A DNA stretch of 64,000 nucleotides from Antedon mediterranea (taxonomy: Eukaryota; Animalia; Echinodermata): assembly GCF_964355755.1 (NCBI RefSeq), contig NC_092678.1, forward strand, positions 14,782,371 through 14,846,370. The letters are read 5' to 3'. The notes beneath the pieces were generated by a model. The model worked only from the letters and a program-made list of their open reading frames with translations. It had not been told where the DNA came from and did not search any database. This document shows, piece by piece, positions 12,067 through 25,024 of the stretch (its first letter is position 1; every line of letters starts with the position of its first letter). A program made the translations under genes and the position numbers.

Positions 12067-14614
12067 CTAGATGGCACGCTCGCTTCGCTCGCGTACCATC
12101 TAGGGGTGCTCACAGATGGTTCTCGAATACAGTAGAATCCACGGACGGGGACTTTTTTGGGACACTAAACAAAAACGGAAGTGTCCCACTAATTGGGGTA
12201 TTCAGAAATAGAGACAACAAAACCAATACTGGATTCCATAAAGGACAATTAATTTATGTGGATTAAAGAAATTAGGGAGAAATGGAAATGTATGTACGGG
12301 AATTTGGCGGCAGCACGTGGTGGTGGTGATGGAACCGCAGTAATAAAGTTGATTGTATTTATATATTATAAGAACCAAACTAAATAAATAGACCTAGACA
12401 TTCTGCGAAATGGAAATCGGAAATTCAAGCTCCTATTCAGTGAAAAATTAAACTGTAGTCTACCTAAATATTTAGGGCAAATCATCGGTTGTGGTGTTGA
12501 ACTTCCTGTAAACATTTGTGTGAACCAAACTGGGTCGAATTTCTGTCATGAGTACTGATTTGTTGGCCTGTGATTTATGACGCCTAAGGGATCTATCTAG
12601 ACTTATTTTTTAGAATAATGTACGTACCTGTCAGATACAATTGTCTTGTGTCGTATAATAAATAAGTACTGTAATAGTTACTGAAGTTACTATTACAATC
12701 TCGTCAATGAAAACACGAAAATGTATATGCACTTACTTATGAAAACGTATACAGTATTATACTCAGTTATTGAAACAGTAGGTTTAAAAAAGTTTCGTTT
12801 GTCTGTAAAATGATGTAATCAAGCTGTTTACATGAGTCTTAATTTATAAGCACATCAATAATAAAATAGTTTATCTATCCTGTAATTGGCGAGATTATGG
12901 TCGCTGTTGAATGAAATAAAGCCAATCGGTATCATATTTGTACAGAAACGTTTTCGCGGCCGAAGGGTGTAACCTAAATTCGTTGTATTATCGTCAAGAA
13001 CTAACTGTAACTAAACTTAAATAGAAAGTAGGGTATCATAAATTTGGCCTTAGCACTCGGGGGAGTGGCTAAGATGAAGTCCGTGGGACTACTAAATATA
13101 AATTGTAATGAACCTCGAGGGACATAAATAGGAATATTTCATGTTTCATTATCAATGTATAATAAATGGAAACTGTTTACCGATTCAAATAATAGAAATT
13201 GGTTTTTAACATTTTCCGAACCTATTGCAAGTTTATTCTCAAAGGGCCCATATATTTACCTACCGTATGTGTTAAACCAAGGGCTCATAAATTTACCTAC
13301 AGTACTTGTGTTAAACCAAACTGGATGTTCCATTCATCGCAAATCAATACATTTGTATAATCGTATATTAAATCTATCAAAATAGTATTTTTTAAAGAAA
13401 ATCGGCCTGTCTTCAACATTATGATGGTGTACTCTAGCAATCTATCAAAATAGTATTTTTTTAAAGAAAATCGGCCTGTCTTCAACATTATGATGGTGTA
13501 CTCTAGCTGTTCAACCGGTTTTCAGCTATTAAAAACAATTATCGTAGGAGGAGATAGGAAAATGCGAAGCCTCCTCGCTATGTAACATTAGGGTTGAGGG
13601 ATGGGAAAGCGGATAGGTACAAAGAGGAACAATTTTTAAATATATTCTTTATCCACTGAGTAACGAAATATTTTGTTCATGTTTTATAGGCCTATAAATA
13701 ATATACCTCTAAATACAGTAGGCCTAAAACATTTGCGATTTAATACTTTGTTAAAACTGTCACTGTCATAATCGATTGAAATATTAAAGTACATGTCACG
13801 ATACACCACTACGACGTTTATATTTTTGGTAATTATTAATTAATACAAACGTTGAGAAGGAACTGTCAGTATAAAGTTTATTTGTATATCTAACAGTAGA
13901 GCCTATCCACAGTCTCAGTAATAAAGTTTATTTGTATATATTTTTATATTACATCTAACAGTACGAACATTCACAGTAAGAAATGTTCGATTCAAGTGAA
14001 AAATAGTTAATAGGTATTTACAGTATTGTCAAAGTATTGCAAGTTTATTCTCAAAGGGCCCATATATTTACCTACCGTATGTGTTAAACCAAGGGCTCAT
14101 AAATTTACCTACAGTACTTGTGTTAAACCAAACTCTGGCAGACTGAGAGATTGGGATGTTCCATTCATCGCAAATCAATACATTTGTATAATCGTATATT
14201 AAATCTATCAAAATAGTATTTTTTAAAGAAAATCGGCCTGTCTTCAACATTATGATGGTGTACTCTAGCTGTTCAACCGGTTTTCAGCTATTAAAAACAA
14301 TTATCGTAGGAGGAGATAGAAAAATGCGAAGCCTCCTCGCATTTTTTTAGCGGGTATTTTTCAAGATGGACATCCATTAGACAGTGTATACCACGATCGG
14401 AAAACACCCCTATTTGGGGCAAATCTTTGAACCTAAATTCGTTTTAATCGTCAATAACTAATTATCTAACTCAATTTAATTAGTAAACAGGGTTACATCA
14501 GGCGGTTAAAATCAGTACCGAAAGTACGAACCAACTTTACATACCATCGAGTGAAAATTCTAGAAGTAAGGCGCGATTTACCGAATTTTGCCCTTACGTA
14601 AATTTATATATAGA
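12067..14614 (-). mobile_element. Helitron copy 3, inverted, with internal duplications
   Basis: 5' end at 14614 is the reverse complement of TCTATATATAAATTTACGTAAGGGC. 3' end at 12067 reads GGTACGCGAGCGAAGCGAGCGTGCCATCTAG on the minus strand. 13224-13580 repeats 14036-14340. Confidence 0.8.
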
Positions 14615-14619
14615 TTATA

Positions 14620-15082
14620 TAAACATACACGTCGTAGTGATGTATCGTTACATGTACTGTACTATTTCAATCGACTAGGACGGTGATAGTTTCAACAAAG
14701 TATTACATCGCAATATTTTACTGTGTTTAGTGGTAGGCCTATATTATTTGTAAAATATGAAAACAATTAATATTTCGTTACTATATGGATAAAGAATATA
14801 TTTAAAAATTGTTCCTCTTTGCACCCATCCTCTTCCCCATCCCTCAACCCTAATGTTACATACAAAACACAAATTAAGTTTGTTGAAATTTGACTTAAAC
14901 AATTGGTCTCATTTTGTGACAAGTTTCTCTTTCGGAAGTAATTCCCTGGGTGCTAATGTTAGGTGAGTACATAAATCAGTGTCTATTTATTCGTTCCTGT
15001 AAACGACATGTATTATTGTACGTACATTTGAAATCGCCAGTTTTTTAACGCTGAAATTATTATGTATTCGAGAACCATCTAG
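14620..15082 (+). mobile_element. Helitron family fragment (diverged copy of ~10608-11080)
   Basis: Shares AAAGAATATATTTAAAAATTGTTCCTCTTTG, CCCTCAACCCTAATGTTACATACAAAACAC and GTACGTACATTTGAAATCGCCAG with copy 1. Confidence 0.7.
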
Positions 15083-15374
15083 TATTTGTAATGCAAGTAA
15101 GTATTGCAAGTTAGTCAGAGCAAGATGTTAGAATTTAACTCAAAACACTGGCACGTGCATGTATTCACGTCGATTATGGCAAATGTAAATTACTTAAGAA
15201 TGGTATAATTCAACTGTAACAGCATTACTTATTGAATCACATAAATAAATCAGTGTTTAAATAAATGAAGGAGAGAAAATAAGAAGGATAAGGAAGAAGT
15301 CTACATTATACTTATACAATCCATTTTTTATCAACTTATAACTGTAACGATGCTAATACCTTTTTAAATTGAAG

Positions 15375-15620
15375 GTTGAAGGTATGTTTAACGAAATGTT
15401 TGATAAAATGGAAGGAATGAAATATGCTGCGCATGTAGATCGTGAAATGTACATGGTCGACAACACTGTGAAATCACATGCAGGTATAAAGAAACTTAAG
15501 AAAAACATTGGTAAATACATGCAGGCAATGGGAATGAAGGAAGTTCCAATAAACTGGCTTAACTTTCAGGAAATATTGCAAGACATTGGAAAAACAAAAG
15601 TGTGCATTCTTTATAATGAG
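15375..15620 (+). CDS. Exon: Roc/COR junction
   Basis: gaag|VEGMFNEM...MYMVDNT..GIKKLKKNI..YMQ.MG.KEVPINWLNFQEIL..NE|gtaagg. VDN (G5-like) and P..WL are typical of the Roc-COR junction. 246 nt, phase 0-0. Confidence 0.8.
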
Positions 15621-17134
15621 GTAAGGTAGTGTTTGTTCTTTAAATATATAATAAAAGTGCGATATATAAAACGATTTCTACACTTCTTAATTGTGGTATA
15701 TAAATCGAGGCTATAGCTACGTATCGTATCAGTGTAATGTAATTGTATATACAGTAATTCAAAATTATATGAATCCACAAATAAATTAGAAACTGAAAGA
15801 AACCATGACATTTCACTTAAAGTGATTAAAACAACAGTTTTGATAAATTCGCTGTTACATAATTTAGAAGAAGGCAATGTATTTGACTACATGAAACAGT
15901 TGTTTTATTTAAACCATATTAGGCAATAACATTGTGATTCTCATTATTGCTTTTTTTTTTCGGGGTTAATGGAACTACACAAAAATCCTATATTATAAAC
16001 AAACCACTAAAATAGTTTTGACTCCAGTCAATTCTGGCCCTAAATTTGACATAACTATTTCGAGCAAAGCTTTACGTTAATAACAAATGTGTCTCCGACA
16101 ATCCACGACATTGCATAATAGGAAGCGATTTAAATCGTTTTATGCGTTTTAAAATAAATGTATACATTATTACATTGGCACAGTTACGCTTGGTTGCGCA
16201 CATTAATGAACCGCAATATCACGGACACGAAAAAGGACTCAAAAGTGCCTACATAGGAAACTAGAAACTATATTTCTGCATCGTTCTAAACAAAGAAAAG
16301 CGCACAAGCTTTTAGTATCAAAAGAGTACCAGAAGAACGTCTGTATGCTGCACCTAAAGATGTTAAGTAAAATTTATATTGTAATAATATGTTATGAAGT
16401 TTGAAATGTTTTTATCAGCATCTCTAAAAACTCCACAGCCAAAACATCTGCCGCGGCGTTCTCTTGGTTTTGTTCTTTAAATAGAGTTTCAATTGCTTAC
16501 TTATAACACTAACCAGAATACCGATATAATGCCATATAATATTTTTTTAGAATTGTAATAAAAAAAACATATTTTCATCCAGGTACCGGTATTACAAATA
16601 ATATCAATGTCAAACAATCAGAAAATACATCAATACATTAAAAAGATGGTTTCATTGAGCTCGGTGAATGTTTTAATCCCATTTACAGTACGTACATCAT
16701 AGATGCACATAATCATAACTATTGACGTTATATGGTGTGAGTCATAATGAATGTGCAAATCGAGAAGCCCCTAATTATAATGAAGTTACAAATAAAATAG
16801 GCAAATGATAGCTAAATCAAAACGATAAAGTAAAACAACCAGAAAGAATTTGCGAAGTACATGTGAGAGTAATTGGAGAGAAGTATATACTGTAAGTAAA
16901 TGGATTGGAATAAAGTAAGAGTAGAAAACAATTACGATAGCGTGGTATTTATAAACAGTAATATCATTAATGGATGCAATCGTGAAATAAAAGTAAAATA
17001 TTTATTACCAACGGATTAACTTGAGCTTTCTTATTTTCCTGTTCAATATTTACATTTATAACTATCATTGTTTAGGTTATTGCTATAAAAATGGTATATT
17101 ATTCATATTCACTAATTTCAATTCCATATTATAG

Positions 17135-17329
17135 GCTTCTAGAATTGGCACTGAGTGTGGAATTTCTGAAGAAGCGATCATCGTTGCCATAACGTATATG
17201 AATGACATTGGAAAGATTATGTATTCCAATAAAGACGAGAAATTAAGGAACACAGTAATAACTAATCTTCACACGATGATTCAGATGCTGACAACTGTGA
17301 TCACAGTATTTCCACCAGCTATTAAAGAT
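17135..17329 (+). CDS. Exon: COR-A (not in the ORF track)
   Basis: atag|ASRIGTECGISEEAIIVAITYMNDIGKIMYSNKDEKLRNTVITNLHTMIQMLTTVITVFPPAIKD|gtatgt. Matches the COR pattern L.YL.D.G.I.Y.....L...V. 195 nt. Confidence 0.78.
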
Positions 17330-17739
17330 GTATGTTAGACAATTATATTAATACTAGAAATTCGATTAGATTAATTATGAACAGAAATATCCTCAAATAA
17401 AAATGTTAAGCGGGGGATCCAGTCTACTTAAAGATAGAGGGAGAGTGGTTGCAATCCGTGCCGAACAATAGCCTGTTTTGATCCATTGTAAAAGAGGGCA
17501 ATTCTGTCAATTAATTTATTATGGTAAATTTTACAAATGAACATTTAGCGTGCGAATCTGTTCTATCATTTGTATCTGAAACATATGGCATGAAAGTAGA
17601 AAAGTGAAACTATCTAGGCTACACTATACTGGTCTTTTGTACAATCCCGGTCTTTCGTTAAAAATTAATGAAGTGATCAGTATTACTGCGATTTGAAGTG
17701 AAAATGCTCTTTAAAATTGTTACTTTTATTTGAATACAG

Positions 17740-17892
17740 ATGGAAATGAAAAGGCGATGGAAAAGACTTAAAGATGAAGGTATTCTTGAGGAAAAGGTGT
17801 TGCGTTATTTATGGCAAAATCAAGACGAAGGTAATTTTGAAATCTTTGTAGAAGTGATGAGGGTGTTCCGGTTACTTTTTGAGAAAAAAACG
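17740..17892 (+). CDS. Exon: COR-A
   Basis: acag|MEMKRRWKRLKDEGILEEKVLRYLWQ...EVMRVFRLLFEKKT|gtatgt. W..L...G.L...LW...M..F.L is a COR pattern. Confidence 0.78.
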
Positions 17893-18004
17893 GTATGTAC
17901 GAAGCTTATTTATTACATTAATTATTGATTAAATCATTTAAAAATTCTGGCTTAAACACTCTAAAATATTTTATCCTTTTATCAAACACTGTTTATAATA
18001 ACAG

Positions 18005-18304
18005 AAAGAAGAAGGTAACCGTGAATTCTTGGTGCCATGTCGGATGACAGTTGATAATGAGACTAGCCTACAAGTGACAAAAGATGACAGGCAAAGGGTA
18101 TCAATTTATCTTACCCCGACAGACTTTCTTTCTGATGCGGTGTACCACACTTTGGTTGTTGCATTTCTTGAATTGATGACTGAAACTGGTAGTTTTGATC
18201 AAAATGTGTTCCGGAATCGTAGTGATTTTGAATTTAAAGATCACAAAGTCAGTCTAGGTGCCGTAGAAATAAATCGTAAAAAGGAAAAGCCACATGCATT
18301 AAAG
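18005..18304 (+). CDS. Exon: COR (FLVPC motif and COR-B start)
   Basis: acag|KEEGNREFLVPCRM...DFLSDAVYHTLVVAF...VFRN...HALK|gtatga. 300 nt, phase 0-0. Confidence 0.78.
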
Positions 18305-18914
18305 GTATGAAAGTATTTACTATGTTTATTATATATATATATATATTTATTTTATTTTTATTTATTTATTTATTTATTTCATACTCATCCAACCGCGAGT
18401 AACCCGCCAATTACAGGATGGATAAACTATTTAAAATTTCACAAGACAAACATATACACAAGATGCTCTACATAAACAAAGACTTATTATTAAGTCTTTG
18501 GGAGTGGAGTTGTAAATTGTCATCCTTTACGTTTCCTGATACTACCTCCACCAGGTTTTCACCCCTGTATGTGTGTGTTTGAAATGCGTAGAGACCACAG
18601 TTGTATCCGAATGTCACCTTTGACACAATGATCTATGACCCAACAACTCGGTTCGGTATTGACGGGGTAGAATCAAAGATAAAGGTCACAATACATGCTT
18701 TCACCGGCAGCTCTAAAACACATTTTATAATAATATACAGTATTAAAAAAAGTCCAATTTAATATCCATATCTAAACTCCAGTAAATACAAATTATCAAA
18801 CAATGTATAAACATTTAGTAAAACCATTATTAAAAAAAGAATACCTTAATTAACTACTGGAAATGGGTATTCTGTTTTACAAATCTAACTAATTTGAAAT
18901 TGAAACTCCTATAG

Positions 18915-19022
18915 CTTGAAATATATCGTCGGACAATCGATCGATATAACACAGAAACTGATGGAACCAAACCAAAGGTTGTATCTGAACGACGACAACT
19001 GAAACCCGATGTCTGCTTTGAG
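18915..19022 (+). CDS. Exon: COR-B
   Basis: atag|LEIYRRTIDRYNTETDGTKPKVVSERRQLKPDVCFE|gtattc. Paralogous to 27864-27959. Confidence 0.7.
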
Positions 19023-19138
19023 GTATTCAATATGATGATATAACACTGTAAAATAAATTTGCTTTTCACATTATACTGTACCTGTAATAATAATATATTA
19101 TATTTAAATAAATACAATATGGCACTTCCCTGTTGTAG

Positions 19139-19321
19139 GTACTAAGCTACTTAAAGGACCAACTTGAAACTGTCTGCAACATATACGTGTGGTATGCGAT
19201 GCATGTAATCCAAAGAATCATCACTTAGTTGATATTGAAAAGTGTTTGAAGAATGATTCGGTTCCATGTGAACGTCATTCTGCAATGGATACTGCTCATA
19301 TCAAACGTCTTTTTTTGAAAG
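19139..19321 (+). pseudogene. Exon: COR C-terminus with CxxC..H..C..C-H cluster, frameshifted
   Basis: VLSYLKDQLETVCNIY/VVCDACNPKNHHLVDIEKCLKNDSVPCERH. Relative to 28055-28258 it lacks 22 bp (AAGGTAGTGGTTACAATCTACG) between TACG microhomologies. Confidence 0.75.
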
Positions 19322-20500
19322 GTAACTTGTTTCTTCTTCTTCAAGCTTATCAGTGTTATTTCATCGTATTTAAATGTTCATCAACATTAATAATTATTAT
19401 AAAAAAAATACGCACATTATTCTACGAAAATATACTCTTTTTAAATCGCATTCGATCCCATACCGTATCCAACCAAACTAATTCCCAACAGAAACGTTAG
19501 TAATCATTGCCAGTTTCAGCATTGTATATTCTTTTTTTGTCTTGTGTGGGTTCGTCCCACTTTTATTATAGTTCTATAAATATAAAATTAATAATATATG
19601 TATATATGCACATTTATATATTTCTCTTATTTATAAGGTACATTGTTAAAAAATACATATCTTTGAACAGTATATACATAAGACTAAGATTATTTTGATG
19701 CTAAGAAGTAACCACATTTACATTCATATACATTTTTAAAAATACAATTAATTAAAATATGTCGATGGCAGTAAACTGACGATAAAAATTGATTAAAAAA
19801 AAAACGTACTTATGAAAAAGTTATTATTGTTGTTTTATTCTGTTCGTGTCCATTGTCTGGGTAGAGAGGCTATAAACTCAGGGGAAGAATACAAAGAATC
19901 TTCCCTTTTCACCAAGAAAAAAAATGGATGAGATGAAAACGAAGAATGCAAAAGCTTGAAAAAAGGGTGTTTAGAATGGATAGGAGGAATGATATATATA
20001 ATGAAAACCGTAAGGTTAGAGTCCATACACAGTGCAAGTCCAAGGTAATATTTTGGCTCTGTGTGTATGTGAGTCGCTTCATACCCGGATGACATATCTT
20101 AAAACTAATATAGTTACTAGGCCTATATACAATGTATTTAAGAGATAAAAATAGCATTTTTTTTATTTCATTAATTTAAGGAGATTTTGCTTTATATCTC
20201 CCCATTTACATTGAGCTTTAAAGTAGTAGCACTTATACTCATTTTCAATTAAATGCTTTACTTCAGTAATAAAAAGATTCCAGATCTTTTTTTCATAGTT
20301 GTTTACTTTTTTTTGTTAATATATGCAACTTATATATAGAGAATACAAATAATGAAATCAATTCATTTACAATTATGTTATTTGATCCAGTAATCATTGT
20401 AGTCCAAGTTATTGGGTCTTCGTTTGAAAAGCTCTTAGCTATGATATTTTTAAATTTAAGCCATATCCATTGAATTACACTGCATTTATATAACATGTGT

Positions 20501-20548
20501 TTTTAGTCGCGTGGAAGCGACTCTATAGTTCACTATGTCGGTCGGTCG

Positions 20549-20579
<31 letters not shown>

Positions 20580-21262
20580 GGTCCGGTATCACTATGCGTT
20601 TTATCGCTTTATGACCTTATCTTGATATCAGTTTAATCTAGCTAAGTCAATTTTTCACAGAATATTCCTTATGGCCAGGAATCGATGTGGTTATGTTTTC
20701 ACGGTGCGCAATACAAAATTACGCGGTCTACGCACGATTTAACGAAATCACGTTTGTAATCATATCTTAACAACCATGAATCACAATTAAATAAAATTTG
20801 GTACTCATAAATTTCAGGGCATAAATCATCATATGTAACGCATGCGTAAGCGCGCTTAAAATTTTCAAAATTTATTTTCGATGAAATAAGAGTACGTTTC
20901 AGGCAATTTTAAGCGTTTACAAAATTGCCATGAGTGCGCAGATTTTTGCGCGCGCACTGCGCGTTAAATGTTATTGCGCACTATTCTTGCCCGATTTCTG
21001 TTTTCTTGACTTACTTTTCAACTCGAAATTACGTTATACGAGCACGTCAAAAGTGACAGGCTACGCACGTGTAAATTAAAAAAATATAAATGTTTTTACA
21101 CATTTCAACATTTTTAAACATGTTCAGTAATTTCGGTCAGTATAGTTCACTATGTCGGTCGGTCCGTCTGTCTGTCGGTCTGTCTGTCTGTCGGTCTGTT
21201 TGTCTGTCGGTCCGGTATCACTATGCATTGTAGCACGCGACTTAATGGCTGTTGGCCTTGTT
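20501..21262 (+). mobile_element. Helentron-associated (HINE/DINE-1-like) non-autonomous element, copy 1
   Basis: TTTT-AGTCGCGTG at the 5' end, (GTCG/GTCT)n microsatellite, subterminal inverted CACGCGACT, 3' hairpin GGCTGTTGGCC then TTGTT. Near-identical to 43731-46076. Confidence 0.75.
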
Positions 21263-21379
21263 CAGTTTCAACCTTGTTTATACATTTATCACATAATTCA
21301 TTACCTGCTAAGTTCCAGATTTTCAATCGTTTTTTACATGGTAGTATTCTATGCAGAAGTTTAAAATTAAATTGAGCAA

Positions 21380-22962
21380 CTTTGGGTATATGTTTTAGTC
21401 TATAAACTTTATAGTACCAAACATTACTCTAATCAATGTCTACCTTACCTAGTTCTATTTCCCATTTTGTTTGTGAATTTGGTATTTTTGAACATCTATT
21501 AATAAAATGATTATAGAAGACGGTTTACGGCTTTTAACAATTGCATATATTCAATTAGGCGTTATGCCGTTTATACAGTTTAGGAAATATTTCACAAGGT
21601 GAAAGTACTCTATCATTCATGTAAATATCTCCGATTGTTTTAAACCCAGAAGATAACCATACTTTAAAATACATAGATTTATTGTTCAATACGATATGTC
21701 TGTTTTCCCATAATTGTTGGCTCTTTATTTCCATGGTAGTTTTTGGTTTTACATGTATGATATTGTTTAATTTTACAACAGACTTCATCCTATTTCTATA
21801 AAATAAAGGCATACTGCCCAGGTTAGCATGCTCTTCTAAATTCAACTGCGTTATGTTAACTGTATATTCAATAGGTTGAAGGTAAAACTTTGGAATGCAT
21901 TTCCATTTACCTGGATCTGGGCTTAAGAGTCTCTTAACCCAGGTTAGTTTGAGAGATTCTATCACCGAAGTGAGATCTGGCATATTCAAACCACATTCTT
22001 CTACATTTCTAATTAATGTTGTTCGTTTTATTTTTTATTTTTTATTACCCCAAAGGAAGTCATATAACAGTTTTTCTATTTTTGTAATTATTTCCTTAGG
22101 CACTTCAATAATACTAGCAGTATAGATAAACCTTGATATTGCTAGTGTTTTTATAATAGTAATTTTACCAAAAAAACTTAGGTTACGTTTTTTCCATAAA
22201 TTTAATACATTTTCTAAGTTGGTGATTTTTTTCTCCCAATTTCTGTATTCACATAGTTGTTTATCATAACCTACATGTATTCCTAGAAATTGTACTGGTT
22301 CACTGGACCATACAATATTGAATGGTTTTGACATATTATTTTTGTTTGAACCAATCCACATACCATTTGTCTTATTTTTATTTAGTTTTAATCCTGAAAC
22401 TCTACAGAATAGATCAATTTCATCGAAAAAATATTTTAGACTACTTTCATCTTGCGTAAAAATAACGGTATCGTCTGCAAGTTGAGCAATCTTTACAATG
22501 TTGTCATTTTCGTTATTGCTGTTTGGTAATGTAATTCCTTTACATTTAGGATTTTTTCTTATATTTGTGGCCATTAATTCTGTCACCAAAATAAATAGTA
22601 GCGCTGATAATGGGCAGCCTTGCCTCACGCCGCACTCCATATTAAAGCTTTCTGAGAGCCATCCGTTATTTACTATAACATAATTTGTTTCTTTATAAAT
22701 TACATTTATCAATTTGATAAAAGAATTACCAAAACCGAAATGACTTAAAGTCTTAAATAATAGTACTCTATCTAATGAGTCAAAGGCTTTTGCAAAATCT
22801 AGAAATACAATTGCACCTGGCATATTGTTTAAGCTTGTAAAGTCTAGTATGTCATTTACTAGTCTTACATTTTCTCCTCCAAACCTCTTTTTTACATATC
22901 CTTTTTGATCTTCATTTACTATAGATCCTATAACATTTTGTAATCTGTTAGCTAATACAGCA
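21380..22962 (-). mobile_element. L1/Tx1-clade LINE ORF2 fragment (RT), truncated and frameshifted
   Basis: LANRLQ..., LDFAKAFDSL, GVRQGCPLSALLFIL, QLADDT, SGLKLNKNKT, FLGI, W..RNLSFFGKITIIKTL. Frameshift near 22035. Confidence 0.9.
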
Positions 22963-23307
22963 TTGTATATTCAATTTGTATATAGTTTGTGATTTTTTAA
23001 AATCGTATCAGCTTAATTACCGGAATGAATAATACAAACTATATATTATTTTTGTAATTGGTTTGATAGATATACTGAACATTTTATAGATATGTTATTA
23101 ATGTTTCATTTTATATTCTTGTATTGATAATATTTTTAAATATTATATATTACATTATTCTTGCATTACATTACATTATTATATTATTACAAAACAACTT
23201 GATACACACTTAAAAGTGTGTATCAAGTTGTTTTGTTTTGTTATGTAATGCAATTGTTCTTATACTTTATGCATTCAATAATCCACTAACATTAAAGAAC
23301 TTTTAAG

Positions 23308-23421
23308 AATCGGAGCCAGAAGCAGACCAGGCGAAACTAAGCTTGGTACCTAGTAAAAATGAAGAAGATGAGCCTGTGCTTGAGGTAGTACAAGTACGTG
23401 TGTCATCACCAGGACATCAAG
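23308..23421 (+). CDS. Acidic linker exon of the ROCO gene (phase 1-1)
   Basis: ttttaag|ESEPEADQAKLSLVPSKNEEDEPVLEVVQVRVSSPGHQ G|gtaact. 114 nt, open and GC-richer than its flanks. Confidence 0.6.
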
Positions 23422-24159
23422 GTAACTATAATAGTAATTGTGACTAGCATAAATTATACATACAATTTTGAAAACATATTGGTGTAATATATTATGTGTG
23501 AGGATTTTACTCTAAAGACTATAATCGCTTGGTTGATTGAAATATCACAGTTGTCTATTCAGTAATACGATATAATACACTATACAATACAAACTCCGGA
23601 ATGATACAGGATAATACAAACTCATGAACAGAGGATAAATGATGCTGTAAGAGAGATGTGGCTGTAGATGTGCTTCCAAGGAAGTGTCGTGTCTGTGCTC
23701 TTCTGAAACTTGGGGCCATATCGGCTTCTATTCATTAGCATTACATCATCTCTGAGCTTAACTATTGGTTCTAAGTTTATCCAGGTACTTTTGGAGTGAG
23801 TGATCGATAGTATTTAGGGGTTATAATGACGAAATTGCCCTGTCAAATGCTTAAAAAGTGACGATCTCTACTAGTTTTATGATAACAAAGTTCATAGGTC
23901 AGATAAACTGTTTATTTGGGGAACTAATTAAGCCTACAGTGGTCATTAAAACATCTGGTCAATTTCTTCACTGGACGAGAAAACAGAATGTTTATGTTTT
24001 TTCTTAAAACTTGACTTGACACTGCCAGCAGGCAACGGAGGGTAAGTTTTAAAACTTAAAATGATATACTGTTTACAACTTTACAATTTCCAAATATATC
24101 ATAATGTTCACAAATGCGAATTAATAAACACCAAAATAAAATATTTTGTTTATGAATCA

Positions 24160-24247
24160 GAGTCAGGAGCTAACGAGGCGAATCAGCTAGTGCCAGTTAC
24201 AGAGACAAAGCCAGAATCAGAGCCAGGCTCAGTACCTCGGACATACA
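24160..24247 (+). CDS. Probable second linker exon (donor site uncertain)
   Basis: atcag|ESGANEANQLVPVTETKPESEPGSVPRT. Composition resembles 23308-23421; no clear donor. Confidence 0.4.
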
Positions 24248-24472
24248 GTACATTAATGTAGCAATTTTTTTATTTAGATTACTATGTACCATTCTAATGA
24301 TGAAAGCAGAAATATTTTTAAATGGATGTTTGTGAATGGTTATGGCAGTAATCCAAACTATTTCAACTATAACTACTTTTCTTTTGATTGATGATAACTG
24401 AGATAACAATTAAAATTGATTTTCTGATAATAAAATGGTAAAATTATTACATCTGAAACTTTGATTTTGCAG

Positions 24473-25024
24473 AAAACCAACAAGTAAATAAAATGACAGA
24501 CTTGAATGAGCATTTCAAAGACTTAAAAGCTAATCTTAGTAAACATTATGCTGGTAATCACTATCGTTTGGTAAAACTATGCCTGTACGATCACTTGCCC
24601 TTAGGAGACTTTGAAGGGCGTGGCTTAACAGCACACAATTTGTTTAATAAACTCCAGATAAAAGGTTATATCGAACCTTCTAATGTCAAGTTACTCCTGG
24701 AGGTCGCAAAACTGACAGAATTTAAGGTTGCTGAACATCTTGTACTCGAGTAGGTTAAGGATAACAATATCAAACAAACTCAAACTAATATAAAACCAAT
24801 GTCGCCATATCGAAAACGGTTGTTTGATGCTTTACAACAAGTTGAAGGAGACAGTTTATCAAATGTTATTGCTTACTACGACCTTGAACATTTTGGATTA
24901 ACAAATATCTGGGATGTAGTTTTCAAATTAGAGAGTAACGAAGAATTGAGAGATGAACCAGGCAAAATAGAAAAATTTGCAAGTCTTCTTAACGAACGTG
25001 CAAAGAAGCTACTACTTGATAGAG
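24473..25024 (+). pseudogene. Tandem death-effector-domain-like exon 1 with in-frame stop
   Basis: gcag|ENQQ..FKDLKANLSKHY..LVKLCLYDHL..AHNLFNKLQIKGYIEPSNVKLLLEV..LE*VKDN..SPYRKRLFDALQQV..IWDVVFKLESN..DR G|gtaata. LF..L...G.I...N..LL and SPYR..L match a DED pair. TAG at 24751-24753. Confidence 0.7.

Noticed and set aside
24751-24753. Programmed stop-codon readthrough in the DED exon (also the stops at 60929 in PolB and 35473 in pol)
   Set aside because: Each gene has additional frameshifts, so single-base nonsense decay is simpler.
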